Source of the DNA: Candidatus Woesearchaeota archaeon
Lineage (GTDB): Archaea; Nanobdellota; Nanobdellia; Nanobdellales; CAZNIQ01
Assembly (NCBI GenBank): GCA_964573185.1
Contig: CAZNIQ010000011.1
Coordinates: forward strand, 1 to 19,808
DNA length: 19,808 nucleotides
Reading direction: 5' to 3'
In this document: positions 7,467 to 14,103 of the stretch, piece after piece
Layout: every line of letters begins with the position of its first letter
How positions within the stretch are numbered: position 1 is the first letter of the stretch
Translations under genes and position numbers: made by a program
The notes under the pieces: generated by a model
Seen by the model: only the letters and a program-made list of their open reading frames with translations
What the model was told of the DNA's origin: nothing
The model's database searches: none

Positions 7467-7592
7467 TTACCACTCCTCCTCTTCCCACTCTTCCTCCCAT
7501 TCCTCTTCCTCCTCCCACCATTCCTCTTCTCCTTCTTCATCCCAAAATTCTTCGCCTTCTTCATCTAACTGAAGCCTTAACCAATCTTCCAT
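7467..7592 (-). CDS. Unannotated 41-codon acidic, Trp-rich micro-ORF
   Basis: My own translation gives MEDWLRLQLDEEGEEFWDEEGEEEWWEEEEEWEEEWEEEEW* (ATG 7592-7590, TAA 7469-7467): 25 acidic residues, 7 Trp, 1 basic. TTTATAA (rc of 7615-7621) is centred 26 nt upstream of the ATG, the promoter spacing seen at other genes here. The ORF fills an otherwise empty 198-nt gap in a very compact region. Confidence 0.45.
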   Translation of the reverse strand: MEDWLRLQLDEEGEEFWDEEGEEEWWEEEEEWEEEWEEEEW

Positions 7593-7614
7593 GCCCTTTC
7601 AACAAACTAAAACC

Positions 7615-7621
7615 TTATAAA
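7615..7621 (-). promoter_or_regulatory. TATA-like TTTATAA upstream of the acidic micro-ORF
   Basis: The reverse complement of ttataaa (7615-7621) is centred 26 nt upstream of ATG 7592. Confidence 0.4.
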
Positions 7622-7627
7622 CTTTAT

Positions 7628-8311
7628 TTATTTTAAAAACCTCAATAACACTGTTAATTTGTAAACATTTTTACTGGTTTGTCTATCCCTGGTATGTAGT
7701 TTTCTAGTTATTTTTATTTCAACATTATAGATTCTTTTTATTTTATTTACAACTCTTATCACTCTTCTAGAATTTGTTACATAGAGATCTATTCCCTCCT
7801 TTTTTTCATCTTCCTTAGTTATTATTATATCTTCTTTTTCCAAAATCTTTTTCACTTCGTTTGAATAATACTCGATATTATTACCTCTTATCTGTATGAT
7901 GACTTCATAATATTTTGATTTTATTCTGGAACATTCTTTGCAAACTATCTTCTTTATCGGAATAACAATTATTCTCTTTAATCTTCCATAAACATTTTTT
8001 ATCTTTATTAATAGTGTAACATACAAAATATATGAATTGTTTTCAAATTTGACATCTTCTATTTGTAAATCTAAAATCTCGTATTCTTCTTTATTTAAAG
8101 CATCTAATATTATTCTTTTAAGATTATCTATCGTTGGCTCATATGATTTATTTTTATAAAAAAATCTTCCGCAAATAACACACTGTTTCAAATTTATATT
8201 TAGTTCCCATATTTTGCCTTCTGGCAACACCCTTTTAGCATAACAAGTAGGGCAAATACCATCGATAAGTATCTTTGTTTTTCTTCCGCATGAAGGACAT
8301 GTGAACATCAT
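7628..8311 (-). CDS. nmd3: NMD3 family protein (archaeal homolog of the 60S export/maturation adaptor)
   Basis: Two N-terminal Cys clusters, CPSCG...CPTC and CVICGRFF, with NMD3-like spacing. ATGA overlap with the upstream gene. Confidence 0.7.
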   Translation of the reverse strand: MMFTCPSCGRKTKILIDGICPTCYAKRVLPEGKIWELNINLKQCVICGRFFYKNKSYEPTIDNLKRIILDALNKEEYEILDLQIEDVKFENNSYILYVTLLIKIKNVYGRLKRIIVIPIKKIVCKECSRIKSKYYEVIIQIRGNNIEYYSNEVKKILEKEDIIITKEDEKKEGIDLYVTNSRRVIRVVNKIKRIYNVEIKITRKLHTRDRQTSKNVYKLTVLLRFLK

Positions 8312-8619
8312 ATTACGTATACCTGAATATGAGGTATATCCTTTATGTACTTTACGTGAACATCTCGTATAATACCCAACCTTTTCAGAAGCTCTATGGA
8401 ATTTTTACCTATAGCATTTATAACATCAAAATCTTGTAAAATTTCTTTTATTTTTTCCAAATCCTTCTCTATATCATATTCCTCACCTCCATAAAATGGT
8501 TCTTTAATTTTTATCCTTAAACCATTATGTTCTATTTCTTTATTAAATAAATCCTTATCACAAATGGATATGATCCTCAGATATTCATTATGTATTTTAA
8601 TTAAAACTTTAGAGGACAT
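8308..8619 (-). CDS. DUF424 family protein
   Basis: About 100 aa. KIHNEYLRIISICDKDLFNK...GLRIKIKEPFYGGEE...INAIGKNSIELLKRLGII...IKDIPHIQVY matches my recollection of the DUF424 pattern (V.V......vla.CD.eLlG......fYgGe....e......N.vG...v......g.I.....I.GvPH.Q). Confidence 0.6.
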   Translation of the reverse strand: MSSKVLIKIHNEYLRIISICDKDLFNKEIEHNGLRIKIKEPFYGGEEYDIEKDLEKIKEILQDFDVINAIGKNSIELLKRLGIIRDVHVKYIKDIPHIQVYVI

Positions 8620-9031
8620 ATCTTACTGGGGATTCTGCACCACATGCTTCGCATTTTAAATACCAGTATCTTCCCTTCTTGATTAATTTAGTATCCGGTT
8701 TCCCACATACAGGGCAAATTACGAATTCCTTAGCAAATAACTCTAATTTTTGATAAAGGCTTTTTGGAGTAATTTTCTTACCAATTATAGCTTTTCCTTC
8801 CTCAATCGTAACAGGAGTTCCATATTCTTTACCCAAGAATTTAGCAAGCAATTTTTCATCTCTTCTAAATCTTTGAACAATTTCCTTCCAATTTAATATA
8901 ACAGTTTTATTTTTCTGATAAATTATATTGGGTTTTGGAATTTCGAATCTAGAGACTTCTACTCTGATAGGTGGAAGTATCTTATACGCTCTTTCTAAAA
9001 GTTCTTCATAAGTATAAGGTAGCAGTTTCAT
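8609..9031 (-). CDS. eif2b: Translation initiation factor aIF-2 beta subunit
   Basis: YEELLERAYKILP..., a central helix-turn-helix region and a C-terminal zinc ribbon VICPVCGKPDTKLIKKGRYWYLKCEACGA, which is diagnostic of aIF2-beta/eIF2-beta. Confidence 0.9.
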   Translation of the reverse strand: MKLLPYTYEELLERAYKILPPIRVEVSRFEIPKPNIIYQKNKTVILNWKEIVQRFRRDEKLLAKFLGKEYGTPVTIEEGKAIIGKKITPKSLYQKLELFAKEFVICPVCGKPDTKLIKKGRYWYLKCEACGAESPVRYVL

Positions 9032-9041
9032 TTTATGACTT

Positions 9042-9605
9042 TTACTTTAAGATTTTTAATTTTCCCGGTTGTGGTTCATAAATAAAACCATAAAGTTTTA
9101 ATTCTTCTACAACTCTTTCTATTTCTTCAGGATTTGCATCTATTTTCTCATAAAGAACATTTATATCTACCCCTTCCCCTCTATCCTCTCTTTCTAAAAT
9201 TTCTAAGACAGCCTTTCTAATATCAACAACCTTCCTTTTTTCAACAGTTTTATCTTCCTCTCTCTTTTCCCTAGTTTCAATTTTTATTCCTCTAGATAAA
9301 TATTTTTTAATTATAGGAATTTTTAACAGGATTTCTACTTCGGGTTCAATTACTACTAAAAAGTCTGGATGTATATATTTTTTTCCTCTAAATTCTTTTA
9401 CTTTGCCTAAAACTAAAATACTCTGCCCTTCTTCCAAAGAAGGAAAATTAAATAATTCATTTTCAAAGATTCTAATAGTAAAGTTTTCTATTCCATTATT
9501 TACTATTACATCAATATATTTTCCTTTATCTATTATTTTAATCACTGTTCCAACTACATAAACTCTTTTGAAGTCCTCATATTTTAGGATTCCAATATAT
9601 CTCAT
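9042..9605 (-). CDS. OB-fold plus C-terminal winged-helix protein (RPA32/Stn1-like architecture)
   Basis: The OB pattern is VYVVGTVIKIID.GKYIDVIVNNGIENFTIRIFE...EGQSILVLGKVKEFRGKKYI. The C-terminal wH-like part is VLEILERE..GEGVDINVLYEKI...EEIERVVEELKLYGFIYEPQPGKLKIL. ATGA overlap with the mcm stop. Confidence 0.55.
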   Translation of the reverse strand: MRYIGILKYEDFKRVYVVGTVIKIIDKGKYIDVIVNNGIENFTIRIFENELFNFPSLEEGQSILVLGKVKEFRGKKYIHPDFLVVIEPEVEILLKIPIIKKYLSRGIKIETREKREEDKTVEKRKVVDIRKAVLEILEREDRGEGVDINVLYEKIDANPEEIERVVEELKLYGFIYEPQPGKLKILK

Positions 9606-11632
9606 CTTGCTCTCTGTATGAATCCTGGTTTTGGTTCATATAACTCGCCTTGTTTTAATAACTTTTGAATAATTTCTTCCGCCTTATTCTTGGGTATTTT
9701 GTATCTTTCTGCCTCAGTTAATATATCATTTATAGGAACTGGTCCATTATATGTTTTTTCTAGCTGATCTATTATATCTAAAATTATACTGATCTTACTT
9801 CTTTGTGAAGCTGAAACTCCTGCGGCTATTATATCTACATCCAATTTGCCTGTCTCAGGATCAATTCCTACTTGCTTCATAGAGTACATTAGAAGATTTA
9901 TTGCTAATTCAGCATCTTCTACAGTAACATATTTTGACAATCTCAATCTTGCAGAAGCTTCTGCCAACCTTATTAATGCTTCTAACTGTCTTGGAGAAAT
10001 TGGAACAGCTTTTATTCCTTCTTCAACGTTATAAGCCTTTCTTAATTTTAAATAAAATTCTTTTATTTTTTGGGCAGCTTCTTCAGTCCATTTAGGAATA
10101 ATTCTTCTAGCATAAGCTATATATTTCTTTAAGAATTCTGGAGGTAATATAGGTTCTATTTTTTCAGGATGTATAAGCGAGTTCAAGATATGAGAGGCTA
10201 TTACCTCATCCTTCTTTTCATCTGGAATATCTCTAATTACAAAAATCAAATCAAATCTATTTAGTATTGTAGGGGGTAAATCTATTTGTTCTGCAATAGT
10301 TTTCATTGGATCCCATCTTCCATATTTAGGATTTGCAGCTGCTAAAACAGATGTTTCTGCTTTTAATGTAGCATGAATGTTTGCTTTAGTTACAGTGATT
10401 GTTTGAGATTCCATTGCTTCATGTAATGCTGCTAATTCCTGTTTTGGTATTTTATCAAATTCGTCAATTGCACATATTCCTCCTGAAGCTAGAACTAAAG
10501 CTCCAGCTTCTAAAGCCCAACCTCCTTTTAGAAATTCATCCCTAACTACTGTAGCCGTAAGACCGACTGCTGAGGCAGACTTGCCTGAAACATATTTTCC
10601 TTTTGGAGAAATCTGGGAAGCATATCTTAATAATATTGTTTTTGCAACACCTGGATCTCCAACTAATAGAATATGGATATTCCCTCTTACTACAGTTCCA
10701 TCAGGTCTAATTTTTTTAACACCTCCCACCAATTGCAATAAAATTGCTTTCTTTATTTCCTCATATCCATGTATAGATGGAGCTATGGATCTTACCATAA
10801 TATTCCAAAAATTAGGTGATGCTGCTATTTCTTTTATCTTTAATTCATCTTCTTTTGTAATCTCTATTTCTTCAAGAGATTTTTCAACAGTTTCTATATA
10901 AATTGCTTCTATAACAATATCATATAGTGTCCCTTGTTTCGATTGTAAAGGTATTTCTTTTGGAATTCCTACTATTTTAACCCTATTACCAGGTAATGTT
11001 TTTCTTTCCATTTTTGGTTCACAAAGATCGTCTCTTAGAAATACATTTATCCTTCTAGGTTGTTCTCCTCCTTCTAAAACATCCGGTGGTTCTTCTATTA
11101 ATAATCTCTGAGTATCTATAAATTTCTTTGCAATTTCTATAAATTTACCTGAAGATTTTTTACATACCGGACAAATTTTTGGCTTCTCTATTTTAAATCC
11201 ATATTGCGGATACCAGAATTCTGCCTGACATTCTGGCAAATCATGTTTATACTTTACTGCAATTACCATTGGTCTAACTTCTGATGCTAGTTTAATTATT
11301 CCTTCAATCTGGATTAGTTTACCAATATGTTCGCTTCTTATATCCCTTATACGAATTTCTCTTGGTATATCTTTTACTCTAACGTAATATTCTTTTTTTG
11401 GTTCCTCTAATGTGTATTTTTGTATTAATTCTTTTAATACTTGTTTAAAATACTCTAAAATGTCCTCAGGATTTTCTAATAATTCTTCTGCAAGTTCCTT
11501 ATCAAATTTTTGCAAATCTTCAAAGGAGATAACCAAGGATCTTTTTCCTTCAGATATAATTCTAGCTATCTCATCCTTATAATAGCTTTCGAGGAACTCC
11601 TTTATCTTAAGTATGATCTGTTCTCTCTCCAC
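9602..11632 (-). CDS. mcm: MCM replicative helicase
   Basis: Walker A ILLVGDPGVAKT, Walker B CAIDEFDK, sensor SVLAAANP, Arg-finger region LNRFDLIF. N-terminal Zn motif H-x4-C...CPVC and C-terminal wH. No intein. The start codon is GTG (cac 11630-11632). Confidence 0.95.
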   Translation of the reverse strand: MEREQIILKIKEFLESYYKDEIARIISEGKRSLVISFEDLQKFDKELAEELLENPEDILEYFKQVLKELIQKYTLEEPKKEYYVRVKDIPREIRIRDIRSEHIGKLIQIEGIIKLASEVRPMVIAVKYKHDLPECQAEFWYPQYGFKIEKPKICPVCKKSSGKFIEIAKKFIDTQRLLIEEPPDVLEGGEQPRRINVFLRDDLCEPKMERKTLPGNRVKIVGIPKEIPLQSKQGTLYDIVIEAIYIETVEKSLEEIEITKEDELKIKEIAASPNFWNIMVRSIAPSIHGYEEIKKAILLQLVGGVKKIRPDGTVVRGNIHILLVGDPGVAKTILLRYASQISPKGKYVSGKSASAVGLTATVVRDEFLKGGWALEAGALVLASGGICAIDEFDKIPKQELAALHEAMESQTITVTKANIHATLKAETSVLAAANPKYGRWDPMKTIAEQIDLPPTILNRFDLIFVIRDIPDEKKDEVIASHILNSLIHPEKIEPILPPEFLKKYIAYARRIIPKWTEEAAQKIKEFYLKLRKAYNVEEGIKAVPISPRQLEALIRLAEASARLRLSKYVTVEDAELAINLLMYSMKQVGIDPETGKLDVDIIAAGVSASQRSKISIILDIIDQLEKTYNGPVPINDILTEAERYKIPKNKAEEIIQKLLKQGELYEPKPGFIQRAR

Positions 11633-11645
11633 AGTAAGTAATAGG

Positions 11646-11662
11646 TTTTAAAATATTTAAGG
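11646..11662. promoter_or_regulatory. Shared AT-rich TATA region between mcm (-) and tRNA-Lys (+)
   Basis: TTTTAAAATATTTAAGG lies in a 46-bp intergenic gap. It is about 21-26 nt from GTG 11632 on one strand and about 26 nt from tRNA position 1 (11679) on the other. Confidence 0.4.
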
Positions 11663-11678
11663 AAGACGTCATTATATT

Positions 11679-11752
11679 GGGCCGGTAGCTCAGCCTGGTA
11701 GAGCGGCGGGCTCTTAACCCGCAGGTCCCGGGTTCAAATCCCGGCCGGCCCG
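11679..11752 (+). tRNA. tRNA-Lys (anticodon CUU), 74 nt, no intron, CCA not encoded
   Basis: Hand-folded. Acceptor GGGCCGG/CCGGCCC, D arm GCTC-AGCCTGGTA-GAGC, anticodon arm GCGGG-CTCTTAA-CCCGC (CTT at positions 34-36), variable loop AGGTC, T arm CCGGG-TTCAAAT-CCCGG, discriminator G. Confidence 0.93.
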
Positions 11753-11789
11753 GGTTTCATTTATAAATCTTAATTTTAATGTCCAATAC

Positions 11790-12197
11790 ATGTTAAAGAA
11801 AATTGTAAAATTACTTTATGACGTAAAAGACGAAGCAAAAATAAAATTAGAGAAGATTTCAGACACATTACATTTAGGGATAAAGGATGGAACTGCTTAT
11901 ATAATAAAAATATTCTATCAGAAAAGAAATTTAACACCTTCTCATTTTAAAGAGTTAATAGAATATTTAGAAAGAAGATTAGATGAAGTTTTGAAAGAAA
12001 AGCAGATTGAAGCAAAAGAAAAAAGAGTAATTCTAATTATGAGAAGTAAATTATCTAAAGGAACAAAAGAGAAAATCAAGGAGCTTATTAATGGAAAGAA
12101 GGTTTGGGTATTTGAAATACCTGAAAAATTTGTATACGAACCTGAAAAAGACGAAGTATTTGATAAGTTTTTGAATATCTTAAAGGAACTTAAATAA
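11790..12197 (+). CDS. Hypothetical 135-aa K/E-rich protein
   Basis: Clean ATG ORF. TTTATAAA (11760-11767) is centred 26 nt upstream. The ORF ends 6 nt before the ABCE1 start. I recognise no motif. Confidence 0.55.
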   Translation: MLKKIVKLLYDVKDEAKIKLEKISDTLHLGIKDGTAYIIKIFYQKRNLTPSHFKELIEYLERRLDEVLKEKQIEAKEKRVILIMRSKLSKGTKEKIKELINGKKVWVFEIPEKFVYEPEKDEVFDKFLNILKELK

Positions 12198-12203
12198 TTT
12201 TTT

Positions 12204-13985
12204 ATGCGAATAGCCGTAATTGATAGAAGCAAATGTAAGCCTGATAAATGTGGTTACCTCTGTATAAAATATTGTCCTTTAATTAAAAATAATATAGAGG
12301 TAATCAAGATAGGTCCGGATAAAAAACCGATAATAGACGAAAATTTATGTATAGGTTGTGGGATATGCGTTAAGAAATGTCCTTTTAAGGCAATAGAAAT
12401 AGTTAATTTACCAGAAGAACTAAAAGAAGATCCCGTTTTCCAATATGGTCCCAATGCTTTCAGAATTTATAGATTACCAATACCTAAATTTGGAAATATC
12501 ATAGGAATTATTGGACCAAATGGAATTGGAAAATCTACTGCTATAAAAATATTAGCTGGTTTATTGAAACCCAACTTCGGAAAATTTGATGGTATTTCTG
12601 AAAAGGAAATAATCAAGAGGTTTAGGGGTACAGAACTTCAAACTTATTTTGAAAAATTATATAACAAAGAGCTTAAGATTTCTTATAAACCACAGGATAT
12701 TCTTCTGATAGCTAAGTTGTTTAAAGGGAAAACTGTTAAAGAACTTCTTTTAAATGTAACAAAGGATGAAAATAGAATTAGAGAAATTGCTGAAAAATTA
12801 AATATTTCGCATATTTTGGATAGGAATGTAGAAAACTTATCGGGAGGAGAGTTACAAAGGGTAGCTTTAGCAGCTTTATTTTTAAAACAAGCTAATGTAT
12901 TTTTAATTGATGAACCAACAGCCTTTTTAGATATAAAAGAAAGATTGAATCTTGCAACTTTTTTAAATAATTTTAAATCCGAAGATAAAGTTATTTTACT
13001 AGTTGAGCATGATTTGATTTTCTTAGATTATACTACGGACTTTGTTCATATCGTATATGGAAAGCCCAAAGTTTACGGTATTTTTAGCTTATTAAGAAGC
13101 ACAAAAGACGGTATAAATGAGTATCTTGAGGGATATCTTAGGGAAGAAAATGTTAGAATTAGAGATAGAAAGATAATCTTTGAAGTTAAAGCTCCGGAGA
13201 GGCCAGAGTATAAAGAGAAAATAATTTCTTGGACTAAGTTAATGAAAAAATTAGATGGATTTACATTGGAAGTTGAAGAAGGATACATAGGAAAAGGAGA
13301 GATCGTTGGTGTTGTAGGTCCTAACGGTATAGGAAAAACTACTTTTGCAAAAATACTTGCGGGGATTTTAAAACCAGATGAAGGGGAAATATCAAAAGAA
13401 ATAGAAATTTCATACAAGCCACAGTACATTGAATTAACTGAAGAGCAAAAATGGATAACTGTTCAGGAATTTTTAAGAAAAATCAATCCTAGATATAGAT
13501 CAGAAGAATATCTAATTAATCTAATAAGACCTCTAGGTGTAGATCTTCTATTTGAAAGGTATCTTGGGGAACTATCTGGTGGAGAATTACAAGCCGTATT
13601 TACAGTTGGATGTCTACTAAAAGAAGCAGATCTCTATGTTATAGACGAGCCCACTGCCTTTTTAGACGTTGAACAAAGAATAAACCTCTCAAAAGCTATT
13701 AGAGATTTTATAAAAACAAAAGAAAAATCAGCATTTGTTATAGATCACGATATTTTATTTATAGATTATATATCTGATAGCTTGATTGTCTTTAGAGGTG
13801 AACCTGGTAAATATGGAAAAGCTATAGGACCCCTTTCAATGAAAGAAGGGATGAATTTATTCTTAAAAGATTTAGGAATAACCTTCAGGAGAGATCCTGA
13901 AACAAAGAGACCCAGGGCAAATAAGCCCGGAAGCGTACTGGACAGACAACAAAAAGCGAAAGGGGAATACTACTATCTCTCGTAA
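12204..13985 (+). CDS. abce1: ABCE1 / RNase L inhibitor-type ribosome recycling ATPase
   Basis: N-terminal FeS domain RIAVIDRSKCKPDKCGYLCIKYCP...CIGCGICVKKCPF. Two ABC cassettes: GPNGIGKST/GPNGIGKTT Walker A, LSGGELQ signatures, IDEPTAFLD Walker B. Confidence 0.95.
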   Translation: MRIAVIDRSKCKPDKCGYLCIKYCPLIKNNIEVIKIGPDKKPIIDENLCIGCGICVKKCPFKAIEIVNLPEELKEDPVFQYGPNAFRIYRLPIPKFGNIIGIIGPNGIGKSTAIKILAGLLKPNFGKFDGISEKEIIKRFRGTELQTYFEKLYNKELKISYKPQDILLIAKLFKGKTVKELLLNVTKDENRIREIAEKLNISHILDRNVENLSGGELQRVALAALFLKQANVFLIDEPTAFLDIKERLNLATFLNNFKSEDKVILLVEHDLIFLDYTTDFVHIVYGKPKVYGIFSLLRSTKDGINEYLEGYLREENVRIRDRKIIFEVKAPERPEYKEKIISWTKLMKKLDGFTLEVEEGYIGKGEIVGVVGPNGIGKTTFAKILAGILKPDEGEISKEIEISYKPQYIELTEEQKWITVQEFLRKINPRYRSEEYLINLIRPLGVDLLFERYLGELSGGELQAVFTVGCLLKEADLYVIDEPTAFLDVEQRINLSKAIRDFIKTKEKSAFVIDHDILFIDYISDSLIVFRGEPGKYGKAIGPLSMKEGMNLFLKDLGITFRRDPETKRPRANKPGSVLDRQQKAKGEYYYLS

Positions 13986-14025
13986 GATTTAAAAGTAAGA
14001 TAGTAGTGGAGTAGTAAATCTAAAA

Positions 14026-14036
14026 CTTTTTAAAAG
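14026..14036 (+). promoter_or_regulatory. TATA-like element CTTTTTAAAAG, centre 26 nt upstream of ATG 14057
   Basis: Same spacing as other TATA-like elements in this window. It also supplies a T5 run downstream of the ABCE1 stop. Confidence 0.45.
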
Positions 14037-14083
14037 AATTATCAATCTTGATTAGCATGAACAATAGACTAGCGAGCTATACA

Positions 14084-14095
14084 TATATATATATA
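14084..14095. repeat. (TA)6 dinucleotide tract between an out-of-frame ATG and the surface-protein ORF
   Basis: Read directly: acATATATATATATAgc, with the alternating run at 14083-14095. Confidence 0.9.
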
Positions 14096-14103
14096 GCAAG
14101 CTT

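Noticed and set aside
7471-7560. About 90-nt polypyrimidine (plus strand) / polypurine tract as a non-coding H-DNA/triplex-forming or simple-repeat element
   Set aside because: The tract is fully explained by GAA/GAG/TGG codons of an intact ATG-to-TAA frame with a correctly spaced TATA, so I prefer the coding interpretation. The structural reading remains a fallback if the ORF is not conserved.
11679-12200. tRNA-Lys as an integration (att) site for a mobile element carrying the unknown 135-aa ORF
   Set aside because: I saw no integrase and no direct repeat of the tRNA 3' half (GGTTCAAATCCCGG...) elsewhere in the window. The next gene is the universal housekeeping ABCE1.
13985-14021. Inverted repeat AGATTTA...TAAATCT after the ABCE1 stop as an RNA hairpin or ncRNA
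   Set aside because: It is a 7-bp all-weak stem with a 23-nt loop in an AT-rich genome, easily explained by chance. Archaeal termination does not require hairpins.
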